Origin: Geopsychrobacteraceae bacterium
GTDB taxonomy: Bacteria > Desulfobacterota > Desulfuromonadia > Desulfuromonadales > Geopsychrobacteraceae
Direction: 5' to 3'
NCBI GenBank assembly: GCA_963676795.2
Contig: CAXXTB010000002.1
Coordinates: forward strand, 1,216,001 to 1,280,000
DNA length: 64,000 nucleotides
Part shown: piece after piece, positions 28,842-38,677 of the stretch
Layout of the letters: each line of letters starts with the position of its first letter
Numbering within the stretch: the stretch's first letter is position 1
Program-made: the position numbers and the translations under genes
The notes under the pieces: generated by a model
Seen by the model: the letters and a program-made list of their open reading frames with translations, nothing else
What the model was told of the DNA's origin: nothing
The model's database searches: none

Positions 28842-29981
28842 ATGAGAATTCTTCACACTTCGGACTGGCATCTCGGGCGCCAGTTTTATAACCAGTCGTT
28901 GCTTGACGATCAGCGCCTGGTCTTGCACCAGTTGATCGGTCAGATTGAGGCACTGAAGGTCGATGTGGTTATCGTCGCCGGCGATATCTATGATCGCTCC
29001 GTCCCCCCGGCGGCAGCCGTCGATCTGCTCAGCTGGGTTGTCGATGAGATCTGCCACCGCCTGGGGGTGCCGCTGATCGCCATCAGTGGCAATCATGACG
29101 GTCCCGAGCGCCTTGCCTTTGCTGCCAAACAACTGGCTGCCGGCGGTCTGCATATCGTCGGTCCCCTGTGGCAGGAGCCGGTCCGGATCCTGTTGAGCGA
29201 CAGGGCCGGTACCCAGGTCGCCTTCTACCCGATCCCCTATGCCGATCCGTTGACCGTGCGTTATCAGCACGGGGTTGATGTGACCTGTCATGACGAGGCT
29301 ATGGCCTACCTGCTGGAGAAGATCAAGCAGGTCCGGGATGACTCTGTCCCTGCGGTGGCCATTGCCCACTGTTTTCTTGCCGGCGGGGAGGCCTCTGAGT
29401 CTGAACGGCCGCTGGCGATAGGTGGTGTCGAGTGTGTGGCGCCGGAGCGGTTCGCGGCTTTTTCCTATACCGCACTTGGCCACCTGCACGGTCAGCAGTA
29501 CCGTCATAAGGAAACCATCCGCTACAGCGGGACCCCTTTGAAATATTCCTTTTCGGAAGAGCGGCACAGGAAATCTTTCACCCTGGTCGATATCGACAGC
29601 CAGGGACAGGTTGAGATCCAGATGATCCCCCTGTTTCCGCAGCGTGATATGCGGACGATCGAGGGGGAGTTGAATGCTATCCTGGCGGCCGGAAAAGAGG
29701 ATCCCGCTGCAGCTGACTATGTGCAGATCCGGCTGAATGACCGGCACGCCATCCTTGATGTGATGAACAAGTTGCGGGCCGTCTATCCCAACGTTCTGCA
29801 CCTGGAGCGTCCCGGTCTGATCAGTCAGAACAGCGTGGTAGCGGCCAGAGACAACCTGCATCGCGGCGCCTTGCAGATGTTCGAAGATTTTTTTCAACAG
29901 GTCACCGATCAGCCTTTAAACGCAGAGCAGCGCGCTGTTGTCGCTGATGAGCTGAAAAAACTGCAGGAGGGGGAAGGCTGA
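28842..29981 (+). CDS. sbcD: Exonuclease SbcCD subunit D
   Basis: HTSDWHLG, AGDIYD, GNHD, LGHLH, YSGTPLKYSFSE; start corrected to ATG 28842. Confidence 0.96.
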   Translation: MRILHTSDWHLGRQFYNQSLLDDQRLVLHQLIGQIEALKVDVVIVAGDIYDRSVPPAAAVDLLSWVVDEICHRLGVPLIAISGNHDGPERLAFAAKQLAAGGLHIVGPLWQEPVRILLSDRAGTQVAFYPIPYADPLTVRYQHGVDVTCHDEAMAYLLEKIKQVRDDSVPAVAIAHCFLAGGEASESERPLAIGGVECVAPERFAAFSYTALGHLHGQQYRHKETIRYSGTPLKYSFSEERHRKSFTLVDIDSQGQVEIQMIPLFPQRDMRTIEGELNAILAAGKEDPAAADYVQIRLNDRHAILDVMNKLRAVYPNVLHLERPGLISQNSVVAARDNLHRGALQMFEDFFQQVTDQPLNAEQRAVVADELKKLQEGEG

Positions 29982-32869
29982 TGCAACCGGTCAAACTGGC
30001 AATGACAGCCTTCGGTCCTTTCCCTGGGAGCGAGGTCATCGATTTTACCCGTCTGGGCGAGAACCCGCTGTTTCTGATCAACGGACCAACCGGGGCGGGA
30101 AAGACGACCATTCTCGATGCGATCTGTTTCGCCCTCTATGGCAAAACAACCGGCAACGAGCGTGACGCTTCGCAGATGCGCTCTGATCTAGCTGATCCGG
30201 CAACCCTCTGTGAGGTCTGTTTCGATTTTCGGCTTGGCGACAGAGGTTATCAGATTCGCCGGATTCCGGAGCAGCAACGGCCTAAAGCTCGCGGTGAAGG
30301 CTTTACCGAGCAGAAACCGGAAGCGCAATTGCTTGAATACGACAGCTGTGGACAAGTGAAGCTTCTGGTTGCGTCGAAAGTCAGCGATGCGACGCAGCAG
30401 ATCGAGATTCTGACCGGGCTTAACGTCGAGCAGTTCCGACAGGTCATGGTGCTGCCCCAGGGGCAGTTCCGTCAGCTGTTGCTGGCAGAATCGGCCGAGC
30501 GGGAGAAGATCTTCGGCCGGCTGTTTCAGACCCATCTTTACAAAAAGCTTGAAGAGCGCTTCAGGGAGCGGGCAAGAGAGGTCCGCACCGAGCGAGAAGC
30601 TCTGCTGCTAAAGGATCAGGGGCTGCTGGAGGGAGCAGCAATCGAGTCTGTAGATCAGCTGACCTGCGAGCTGGACAGGCTGAAGGATGAAGTCCTTCTG
30701 GCGTACGAGGCAAAGGACCAGGGCGAAATACTCTGGCTTGCGGCCGAGCAGGCGTTTCAGCGAGGCGGGCAGCTGGCGAACGATTTTGATCGGGCGGCTG
30801 AGCTGGCGCAGCGCTTGGGCCAGCTGGCAGAGCAGAAGGAGCGGATCGAGGCGCAGCGGCAGCAGGGCGTCATGGCGCGTCAGGCGCAGGCAATCGAGAA
30901 GTTTTACCTCGACCTCAGCACGAGGCGTGACAGCCTCAACAGGACCCGGGAAAAATTGCAAACGACCGGGGAACAACTGGCTGCCGCTGAACGGCAACTC
31001 AAGGCGGCGAGGCAGGAGCAGACAAGTCTGACGGAAAAACAGCAGCAGTTGTCGGCCCTGCGAGATCAGTTGAATGAGTTGACGCGTCATCGTCAAAGCT
31101 GTGAACGGCTCGATCGGCAGTTGCTGGAGAAAAAGCGACTCGAGTCACAGTTGCAGGCAACGCAGCAGGGCCAGGAACTGGTCATCCTGCGCCAGCGTCT
31201 GAAGCGCTCGCTAGACATGCAAAAACAGCAAGGTCGCCTGGACGCTTTGCGACAACGTCTCGAGCAGAGCGAAGCCCGTGGCAAACAGCTGAAAGAGCAG
31301 TATGAACTGGCACGGGAGAGGTCCCGTCAGCTGGAGCTGGTCTGGCATCTCGGGCAGGCGGCGATTCTGGCCAGCCAGCTGGAAAGCGGACAGCCCTGCC
31401 CGGTGTGCGGCAGCCTGGACCATCCCGCAAAGGCTCAGAGCGAAGCAGCGCTTCCGGATCAGAACAACCTGGAATCAGCCAGGCACAGGGTGCAGGAACT
31501 GCATGATGAACTGGAAAGTGCGCGACGCACTTATCTCGATATAAAAGCGGACAGCCTCGCGGCGCAAGCGGACTTGACGCTGCTTCAGCAGGGGAGTGAG
31601 CTGGAAGACGCACCGGCTCTGGCGCAGCGCATCGCCCTGCTGGAACAGGAGCTCGGCAGGGGCCTCGAGCCTGGATTGATGAAGATCTCTGATCCCGGAG
31701 AGTTCGATCTGCTGGTGCAGAACCGGCGCAGAGAGCTCTCCGAGCTGCAGGGGATGATCACCCAGGCTGAGCAGACTCTTCCCGCCGAATACCGTCAAAG
31801 CGGTGCCCTTGACCGGGCAGAACGGCAACTCGGTACGGCCGTTGGCCAGCTCGAAAAGAGCTGCGAGGATATTCAGCGCAGGTTGCTGGCTGCGGAGAAA
31901 GGGTGGCAAAGCCTCTATGATCAGCAGCAGCATCTGAGTCGTGAACAGGAGGAGATAGGTGTTCAATGCCATGAGTCAGAGGCCCGCTGGAATGCGGCCC
32001 TGCACGCGAGTGATTTTTCTGACCTTGACACGTTCCTCAAGGCACTGATGGATGCTGACAATCTGCAGCGGCTGGAAGCGGAATTGCGTCAGTATGATGC
32101 GGAAGTTCAGCAGCTGACAGGTGCCAGTGCCCAGTTGCAGGAGCGCCTGGCTGGACAGTCACGCCCGGATCTGGATCAGCTTGGAATGGCTCTGAACAGG
32201 CGGGTCGGGGAGAAAGACGCTGCGACCGCCACCTGGCAGACGCTTTCTGCCCGTCAGAAGCTTCTGCTTTCGATCCGGACCCGCCTCGCCCAGTCTGCGC
32301 AGAAGCTCGCCGAGATCGACAGGGACTATGCTGTTGTCGGAACCTTGAGTGATGTCGCCAACGGCCAGACCGGTATGAAGATCAGCCTCCAGCGCTTTGT
32401 CCTGAGCGTTCTGCTGGAAGACGTACTGCTCGATGCCAACCGGCGACTCGAGATCATGAGTAAGGGGCGCTATCACCTGCTGCGCAAGGAAGACAGGTCC
32501 AAAGGGAACAAGGCTTCTGGGCTGGAGCTTGTCGTTGAGGACAGTTACAGCGGTATGGTGCGTCCGGTAGCGACCCTCTCGGGGGGTGAAAGCTTTCTGG
32601 CCGCCCTGGCTCTGGCCCTGGGACTTTCCGATGTTGTGCAGGCCTACGCCGGAGGGATCAGGCTGGATACCCTGTTTATCGATGAAGGGTTTGGCAGCCT
32701 CGATCCTGAGGCCCTCGATCTGGCCATCCGCACGCTGATCGATCTGCAGAGCAGCGGTCGGACAATCGGCGTAATCTCCCATGTCTCTGAACTGAAGGAG
32801 CAGATCCCGCTGAGGATCGATGTTCAGAGTAGTCGTACCGGCAGTTTTACCCGGATCGTCGCCTGTTAG
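29981..32869 (+). CDS. sbcC: Exonuclease SbcCD subunit C (Rad50-like)
   Basis: GPTGAGKT, LPQGQF, zinc hook CPVC, LSGGE, DEGFGSLD, ISHV. Confidence 0.96.
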   Translation: MQPVKLAMTAFGPFPGSEVIDFTRLGENPLFLINGPTGAGKTTILDAICFALYGKTTGNERDASQMRSDLADPATLCEVCFDFRLGDRGYQIRRIPEQQRPKARGEGFTEQKPEAQLLEYDSCGQVKLLVASKVSDATQQIEILTGLNVEQFRQVMVLPQGQFRQLLLAESAEREKIFGRLFQTHLYKKLEERFRERAREVRTEREALLLKDQGLLEGAAIESVDQLTCELDRLKDEVLLAYEAKDQGEILWLAAEQAFQRGGQLANDFDRAAELAQRLGQLAEQKERIEAQRQQGVMARQAQAIEKFYLDLSTRRDSLNRTREKLQTTGEQLAAAERQLKAARQEQTSLTEKQQQLSALRDQLNELTRHRQSCERLDRQLLEKKRLESQLQATQQGQELVILRQRLKRSLDMQKQQGRLDALRQRLEQSEARGKQLKEQYELARERSRQLELVWHLGQAAILASQLESGQPCPVCGSLDHPAKAQSEAALPDQNNLESARHRVQELHDELESARRTYLDIKADSLAAQADLTLLQQGSELEDAPALAQRIALLEQELGRGLEPGLMKISDPGEFDLLVQNRRRELSELQGMITQAEQTLPAEYRQSGALDRAERQLGTAVGQLEKSCEDIQRRLLAAEKGWQSLYDQQQHLSREQEEIGVQCHESEARWNAALHASDFSDLDTFLKALMDADNLQRLEAELRQYDAEVQQLTGASAQLQERLAGQSRPDLDQLGMALNRRVGEKDAATATWQTLSARQKLLLSIRTRLAQSAQKLAEIDRDYAVVGTLSDVANGQTGMKISLQRFVLSVLLEDVLLDANRRLEIMSKGRYHLLRKEDRSKGNKASGLELVVEDSYSGMVRPVATLSGGESFLAALALALGLSDVVQAYAGGIRLDTLFIDEGFGSLDPEALDLAIRTLIDLQSSGRTIGVISHVSELKEQIPLRIDVQSSRTGSFTRIVAC

Positions 32870-33082
32870 GAGACTGGGGCGACGGCCGCAAATTACATTG
32901 CTCAGGCGCATTGATGAGTGATTATTTTCAGGGGAGATCGGTCAATTGTCGCTGGTGGATGCATGTTTTCCGGATTATGCAAATTTCTTAGAGTATTTTT
33001 AAAAAAAAAACTTTATTTTAGATTTTTTTTAATGATATGATCCAAACCTCTAATACAACTCGCTTTGGGAGGGAGTATTTCA

Positions 33083-34183
33083 ATGGCCGAAAAACAGTCT
33101 AAGAAAGTTGGATTTGGTATCTCGCAAAAACTGCTGCTGGTTCTTCTCATCGTCTCACTGGTGCCGATGATCTGTATCGGGCAGTTAAGCCATCGTGACA
33201 TCACCAATCTGTCGGAAGAAAAAGCCTACCATGAATTGACCGCGATTAACGGCAATCTTGTCGCTCACGTTAACGACTGGGTAGATGCTAACCAGAGAAT
33301 GCTGAAGCTCAACGCCAGCCGCGATGTCATGCGCAACATGCTCGGTTTCAACCAGGAAGGGGCGTTGCGTGAGATTCCCAAGATCTACGACTGGACCTAT
33401 GTCGCCATGACCATCGATAACGATGGCAACAACGTTGCTCGAAGCGACGGTGGCGTTCTTGAGTTCTTCGGGGATCAGCAATATTTCAAAGAGGTTCAGC
33501 GCGGCAAGGATTTTGGTACCGAGATCGTTGTCGGTAAGTCGACCGGTAACCTGGCCATGATCATGGCAACCTCTGTTAAGGGCAAAGACAATACCCCGGA
33601 GGGCGTACTGGCCATCGGCATGAGTCTTGATGATCTTTCCCGCTCGATCGTCAACAAGAAAATCGGCAGCACAGGTTTTACCTTCCTCGTCGATCAGGAT
33701 GGCAACGTTATCGCCCACCCGGATAGCAGCATGACCCGTGGCCGAATCAATCTGGGCGATCATAAAGCGATCCAGGCCTTCAAACGCGGCGAAAAATCGA
33801 CGATCTTCACCGATTCCCATGGCAAGAAAATTGTCGCTTCGGTCGAAAACACTAATCAGGGCTGGATCATGGTCAGCCAGCAAAACTACGATGAAGCCTT
33901 CCAGGTCCTGAACTCCGTCAAGGTGAAAGGGCTGACGATTCTCGGTATTACCGTTGTCATCGTTCTGATCATTTCCTTCTTCATTGCCCGCTGGATTACC
34001 GCACCGATCCGCAGTCTGACGGTTGTTGCCGAGAAATACAGCCAGGGGCAGCTTGATCTCAAGATTGACGAGATCAGCCGCAACGATGAAATCGGCCAGC
34101 TCGCTGTGGCGATCGACCGCCTCGGCACCAGTATCCGCATGGCGATGAAACGTCTGCAGAAACGCAAAGCCGCCGGTCAGTAA
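33083..34183 (+). CDS. Membrane receptor: TM-dCache-TM-HAMP, with no output domain
   Basis: Two hydrophobic segments around a Cache-like region (GFTFLVDQDGNVIAHPD); HAMP (ITAPIRSL...RNDEIGQLA); stop about 20 aa later; ATG 33083 after GGGAG. Confidence 0.85.
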   Translation: MAEKQSKKVGFGISQKLLLVLLIVSLVPMICIGQLSHRDITNLSEEKAYHELTAINGNLVAHVNDWVDANQRMLKLNASRDVMRNMLGFNQEGALREIPKIYDWTYVAMTIDNDGNNVARSDGGVLEFFGDQQYFKEVQRGKDFGTEIVVGKSTGNLAMIMATSVKGKDNTPEGVLAIGMSLDDLSRSIVNKKIGSTGFTFLVDQDGNVIAHPDSSMTRGRINLGDHKAIQAFKRGEKSTIFTDSHGKKIVASVENTNQGWIMVSQQNYDEAFQVLNSVKVKGLTILGITVVIVLIISFFIARWITAPIRSLTVVAEKYSQGQLDLKIDEISRNDEIGQLAVAIDRLGTSIRMAMKRLQKRKAAGQ

Positions 34184-34222
34184 GTCAAAGTCTCCCTCGA
34201 CAACTTTCTGACAGCTGAAATG

Positions 34223-34258
34223 ATAATGGCCAGTTCCTCAAGGAACTGGCCATTATTT
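34223..34258 (+). terminator. Strong hairpin/terminator after the Cache-HAMP gene
   Basis: Perfect inverted repeat ataatggccagttcc-tcaa-ggaactggccattat, then tt. Confidence 0.75.
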
Positions 34259-34565
34259 GTTATGGAGGCAGACCTGTATCGCTTACAGGGGCAGCGCGCC
34301 GTGAATGGGGCGTCTCAGATTCTTGTAAGCCTGTTTTCGAAGCTGCATAGTACCTATAGAAATTAATAATGTAAAAATCCTTAGGACTTTTGCATTGGTA
34401 ATTTGGCAGGAAATTTGACAAATGAGTGAAGGGCGCTTACCTCTAAGGACATTTATAAATCCTAAGTTGTGAAACCCTAACTATTGCAACAGGCAGGAAC
34501 GAAATGGCGGGATCAGATGTTGAATCCATATGTCACATAAATATCGTTGTTTCTGGGGCAATATT

Positions 34566-34592
34566 TGTTATAATGACTATTCTAATGATAAC
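34566..34592 (+). promoter_or_regulatory. Extended -10 promoter overlapped by a candidate autoregulatory operator
   Basis: TGTTATAAT at 34566-34574; GTTAT...ATAAC inverted repeat enclosing two TAATGA direct repeats. Confidence 0.55.
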
Positions 34593-34610
34593 ACCGAAGG
34601 GAGGCAGAGA

Positions 34611-34877
34611 ATGTCTGTTCAGTCAGAGAGAATCACGATCTTGGGAACCCCTGCTTTCAAAAAGTTTTTGATGAGTGAAGCTGAAAAAGAAGGGGTTAGC
34701 ATGTCAGAGCTTGTGCGTCAAAGATGCTTAATGCAGGACACTAGCGGGGATGAAGAGTTGTTAGCTGCGCTGGTGGCGGAAGTGAGCGAAGCAACAGCCA
34801 GGGCCAAGAAAGCCTTAGAGCAAGGGTTAGCTGATGCTGAATCCGCCTTAGCTGAGGTCAGGGGGCACCAACAGTGA
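34611..34877 (+). CDS. Ribbon-helix-helix/CopG-like DNA-binding protein with a helical C-terminus
   Basis: Strand ERITIL, helix PAFKKFLMSEAEKEG, helix SMSELVRQRC; ATG 34611 after GGGAGG. Confidence 0.72.
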   Translation: MSVQSERITILGTPAFKKFLMSEAEKEGVSMSELVRQRCLMQDTSGDEELLAALVAEVSEATARAKKALEQGLADAESALAEVRGHQQ

Positions 34878-35056
34878 GCGCATTGAAAGATGTTATTGGA
34901 GTCATGAAGGACGTTTTGTTGCTGACCGAGAAGGTAGAAAAAACCGGAACCACTCTCTCGGAGGTTTCAAAAGAGATCCGTGAACATGATCGGCGCTTGA
35001 TTCGCCTGGAAACAATCATTGAATTGGCTCAGTCTCAAACAAAGCGAATTGAATAA
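34874..35056 (+). CDS. 60-aa predicted coiled-coil protein, translationally coupled to the RHH gene
   Basis: GTGA start/stop overlap; heptad-like pattern ending HDRRLIRLETIIE. Confidence 0.7.
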   Translation: MSALKDVIGVMKDVLLLTEKVEKTGTTLSEVSKEIREHDRRLIRLETIIELAQSQTKRIE

Positions 35057-35235
35057 ACCAAGGGAAAGTATGGGCCAGTCAATACTGGCTCTGAATCAGA
35101 ATAACCGATATTGCTGATTGGTAAAATTTCAAAACTTGATAGTTTTGAACCTTTGTATTCATTAATAATAAGAGGGCTTAGCAAGATGCTAATAGTCATT
35201 CGCTTGTAATTTTAAGGTAAGTAGTAGATGATATG

Positions 35236-35271
35236 AAAAACAGCCCCTTATCCGCGCGGAAAAGGGGCTGT
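35236..35271 (-). terminator. Terminator of the liv-type ABC operon (possibly bidirectional)
   Basis: acagcccctt...aaggggctgt stem with an A5 run on the + strand, read as a U-tail on -. Confidence 0.75.
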
Positions 35272-35296
35272 ATGTTGCAAACCCGGGTACTGTCTA

Positions 35297-36010
35297 TCAA
35301 ACGCCTAAATAAGCGGCTTTGACGTGCGGATCGTTGAGCAGGTCCTGGCTGCTCCCTTCCAGGACAACCTGTCCCTGTTCCATGACGTAGGCGCGGTCGC
35401 TGATCGCCATCGAGTTCATCAGATCCTGTTCGACCAGGACGATGGTCACGCCGTAGTTCTCGGCGATCTTGCGGATCGCGCTGAAAATATCCTTTTTCAG
35501 GACCGGCGCAAGGCCGAGTGACGGCTCATCAAGCATCATCACCTTGGGCTGGGCCATGATCCCGCGGCCGATAGCGACCATCTGCTGCTCGCCGCCCGAC
35601 AGGGTCCCCGACATCTGGTGCTTGCGTTCGGCCAGGCGCGGGAACAGTTCGTAGACCTCGGCCAGATTCTTATCGAAGTTCTTGCGGCCGTTACGGCTGA
35701 AGGCGCCCAGCTCGAGGTTCTCCAGTACCGTCATCAGCGAGAACAGGCGCCGTCCTTCAGGAACGTGGATCAGTCCCCCGGCGACGATTTCATCGGCCGG
35801 AGTCCCGGAAATCTTACGGCCATTGTAGATGATTTCCCCCTGGGTGGGGGTGAGCAGGCCGGAGATGGTCTTGAGCAGGGTCGATTTGCCGGCACCGTTG
35901 GCGCCGACGATGCTTAAAACCTCGCCTTCACGCACTTCCAGTGAAACATCGAAAAGCACCTGGATTTCGCCGTAGCCGACGTTGATGTTGTTAATGCTGA
36001 TTAGCGACAT
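35297..36010 (-). CDS. LivF-like ABC transporter ATP-binding protein
   Basis: GANGAGKST, VPEGRRLF, LSGGEQQM, LDEPSLGLAP; start corrected to 36010. Confidence 0.95.
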   Translation of the reverse strand: MSLISINNINVGYGEIQVLFDVSLEVREGEVLSIVGANGAGKSTLLKTISGLLTPTQGEIIYNGRKISGTPADEIVAGGLIHVPEGRRLFSLMTVLENLELGAFSRNGRKNFDKNLAEVYELFPRLAERKHQMSGTLSGGEQQMVAIGRGIMAQPKVMMLDEPSLGLAPVLKKDIFSAIRKIAENYGVTIVLVEQDLMNSMAISDRAYVMEQGQVVLEGSSQDLLNDPHVKAAYLGV

Positions 36011-36722
36011 AAGCTTCTCCCAGGTAGGCCTTGATGACCTCTTCATTGTTGATGACGTCGTGCGGGTCGCCCTCGGCGATCTTCTTTCCGAAGTTGATAA
36101 CATAGACCTTGTCGGACAGGTTCATGATCGCCTGCATGATATGCTCGACGATGATGATACTGACGCCGACCTCGTTGATCTTCTTGATAACCGGCAGCAT
36201 CTCGGTGACCTCGGACGGGCGCAGGCCCGCCATAACCTCATCGAGCAGCAGCAGCTGAGGCTCGGTGGCCAGGGCGCGAGCCAGTTCCAGGCGCTTGCGC
36301 TCCGGCAGGGTCAGGCTCTTTGACACCACATCGCGTTTGTCATAGAGATCGAGAATCTTGAGAACCTCAATCGCTTTTGTGCGGGCCTCGCTCAGCTTGT
36401 TGGTATTGGCAAAGGCGCCGACCATGGTGTTGTAGAGTACCGTTTTGCTGGCAAACGGTTTGACCACCTGAAAGGTGCGGGTGATGCCGAGCTTGCAGAT
36501 CTCATGCGGCTTCTTGCCGGCCATCTCGTGACCGTTGAACATGATGCTGCCGCTGGTCGGCGGAAAGGCGCCGGCGATACAGTTGAACAGGGTGGTCTTG
36601 CCGGCACCGTTGGGTCCGATGACGCCGACGATCTGTCCCTTGTCGACGCTCAGATCGACGCTGTTGACCGCAGTCAGTCCGCCAAACTGTTTGATAACCT
36701 TACTTACTGTCAAAAGCGCCAT
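35991..36722 (-). CDS. LivG-like ABC transporter ATP-binding protein
   Basis: GPNGAGKTT, RTFQ, LLLDEVMAGL, VIKAYLG. Confidence 0.95.
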   Translation of the reverse strand: MALLTVSKVIKQFGGLTAVNSVDLSVDKGQIVGVIGPNGAGKTTLFNCIAGAFPPTSGSIMFNGHEMAGKKPHEICKLGITRTFQVVKPFASKTVLYNTMVGAFANTNKLSEARTKAIEVLKILDLYDKRDVVSKSLTLPERKRLELARALATEPQLLLLDEVMAGLRPSEVTEMLPVIKKINEVGVSIIIVEHIMQAIMNLSDKVYVINFGKKIAEGDPHDVINNEEVIKAYLGEAYVANQH

Positions 36723-37755
36723 TGCAGACCTCCTCTTGCTGTTCTTCTCCCGATTTTTTCGTGAAGCGGTTGTTGATTCTGGCCAGCAGCCGGGAGAGCG
36801 GCAGAACCAGCCCTTTGGGCTGATAGCGCATGACGATGACCAGGATCAGTCCGAAGATGATCAGGTGCAGACCCGGCAGTGTGTCGGACAGGTAGATGCG
36901 GGTCAGGTCACCGACCGGGCGCAGCAGCAGGGCACCGATAACCGGACCCAAGATGGTGCCGCGGCCGCCGATCAGAGCGATAAAGGCGATCTCGTAGGAG
37001 AGGTCGAGCCCTAAGATCGACTTCGGATAGAAGTAGAGGAACATCTGGGCATAGAAGGTACCGCCCAGCGCAGTCAGGAAACAGCTGATGGCCATGGCGA
37101 TCAGCTTGTATTTGGATACCTTGATCCCCAGTGCTGCTGCTGCGTCCGGTTCTTCACCACCGGCAGCCAGGTAATAGCCGACCTTCGAATTCATCATGAT
37201 GAAGGTGATCAGCAGGACGATCAGGAGCATGATCAGAATGATGTAGTAGTACGGAACCTTGCTGGTGAACTGAAAGTGAGCAAAGGAGTTTCCGGCCAGG
37301 TCGATCAGCAGTCCCTTAGGGCCTCGGACCGGGAAGGGACCAATATGCTCGATATTCTCAACCAGCACGCGCATCGCTTCGCCGAAGGCGATGGTCGCCA
37401 GTGCAAAGTAGGCGCCGCGTAGTTTCAGCGTCGGCAGACCGATCAGAATGCCCATCAGCGCAGCGATGACCCCACCGGCCAGCATACCGATCCAGGGACT
37501 TAGGCCCCAGGTCAGGTAGAGGCTGGTTGAAACGTAGGCACCGATCCCGACAAAGGCGGAATGGCCCAGTGGCAGAACCCCGGCAAAGCCGCCGACGAAA
37601 TTCCAGCAGGAGGTCAGGTAGGCGTAGAAGATGATCAGAATGAGAATCTGCAGCACCGTCGGGTTACTGATAAAGAGTGGCAGCGCCAGCAGGATAAGCA
37701 CGACGACCAACGTGAGAATCTTGTTGAATTTCGACTGTTCAGTAAGCAATTTCAT
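36700..37755 (-). CDS. LivM-like ABC transporter permease
   Basis: LGHSAFVGIGAY, LRGAYFALATIAF, LIGGRGTILGP. Confidence 0.93.
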   Translation of the reverse strand: MKLLTEQSKFNKILTLVVVLILLALPLFISNPTVLQILILIIFYAYLTSCWNFVGGFAGVLPLGHSAFVGIGAYVSTSLYLTWGLSPWIGMLAGGVIAALMGILIGLPTLKLRGAYFALATIAFGEAMRVLVENIEHIGPFPVRGPKGLLIDLAGNSFAHFQFTSKVPYYYIILIMLLIVLLITFIMMNSKVGYYLAAGGEEPDAAAALGIKVSKYKLIAMAISCFLTALGGTFYAQMFLYFYPKSILGLDLSYEIAFIALIGGRGTILGPVIGALLLRPVGDLTRIYLSDTLPGLHLIIFGLILVIVMRYQPKGLVLPLSRLLARINNRFTKKSGEEQQEEVCNGAFDSK

Positions 37756-37765
37756 GGTTATCCCC

Positions 37766-38653
37766 TTAATAGTCCTGTTTCAGGCCGAAGAGTCCAGCCG
37801 GTTTGATGAACAGAACCAGGAGGAAGAAGACATAGATAAGCATTTCGGTCCAGGTAGCGGCCATGAACTGGGCGCCCAAAGTTTCGATGATGCCGATCAG
37901 AATTCCGCCGAGGATCGCACCCGGCACACTGCCCAGTCCACCCAGGACGACGATGATGAAGGCCTTGATGTCGAAAGGCACACCGACCGTCGGATAGACG
38001 TAGTAGAAAGGCACCAGGACGCAGGCGGCGACACCACAGCAGGCACAGCCGAGGCCGAAGACGATATTGTAGATCCGGTTCTGCTTGATCCCCATCAGGG
38101 TCGCCGCTTCACGGTCGAGCGAGGTGGCACGCACCGCCTTGCCCATCCGTGAATGACGCAGGAACCAGAACAGGTAGAGGCCGAGCAGCAGGGTGATGAC
38201 CGCACCGATGATCTTGGGCCAGAGGAAGTACATGTCGAAGACCTCGAGCATCTTGCCGGTGACGCTGGTCTTGGCGACGCGGAACTCGGCACCGAAGAGC
38301 ATCAGCGCCAGGTTGTCGAGGATGTACCAGATCCCGGTGGTGACGATGATGACGGTGATCGGTTCGCGGACGTCTTTTTCTGCAACGAAGATCGGTTTGA
38401 TAATGAACTTCTGCATGGCGTAGCCAAAGACAAACAGCAGCGGAACGACGACGACCAGAGCCAGATAAGGGTTCAGACCGGTCAGGGCGACGAAGAAGTA
38501 GGCGGCGAACATCCCGACCATGAGGATCGAGCCATGGGCAAAGTTGACGACCTTCATGACCCCGAAGATCAGGGTCAGGCCGACGGCGGTCAGACCATAG
38601 ATCGACCCCATCAGGATGCCGTTAAGCAGAGATTCAATATAACCGATGAGCAT
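37766..38653 (-). CDS. LivH-like ABC transporter permease
   Basis: GLTLIFGVMKVVNFAHG, VVLGGLGSVPGA, KPAGLFG. Confidence 0.94.
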   Translation of the reverse strand: MLIGYIESLLNGILMGSIYGLTAVGLTLIFGVMKVVNFAHGSILMVGMFAAYFFVALTGLNPYLALVVVVPLLFVFGYAMQKFIIKPIFVAEKDVREPITVIIVTTGIWYILDNLALMLFGAEFRVAKTSVTGKMLEVFDMYFLWPKIIGAVITLLLGLYLFWFLRHSRMGKAVRATSLDREAATLMGIKQNRIYNIVFGLGCACCGVAACVLVPFYYVYPTVGVPFDIKAFIIVVLGGLGSVPGAILGGILIGIIETLGAQFMAATWTEMLIYVFFLLVLFIKPAGLFGLKQDY

Positions 38654-38677
38654 AGTTTTCTCCTGAGTTGTGCCTGC

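Noticed and set aside
34404..34419. TGGCAG-GAAAT-TTGAC as a sigma54 promoter
   Set aside because: The invariant -12 GC is missing (GA)
34260..34600. Possible cyclic-dinucleotide (GEMM) or other riboswitch in this long intergenic region
   Set aside because: No GGCAAA...GACGCAAA-type core or other aptamer consensus recognised; only an AT-rich hairpin at about 34368-34396
34259..35150. RHH islet as an integron cassette or IS remnant
   Set aside because: No convincing attC (RYYYAAC...GTTRRRY with complementary arms), terminal repeats, target duplication or recombinase gene
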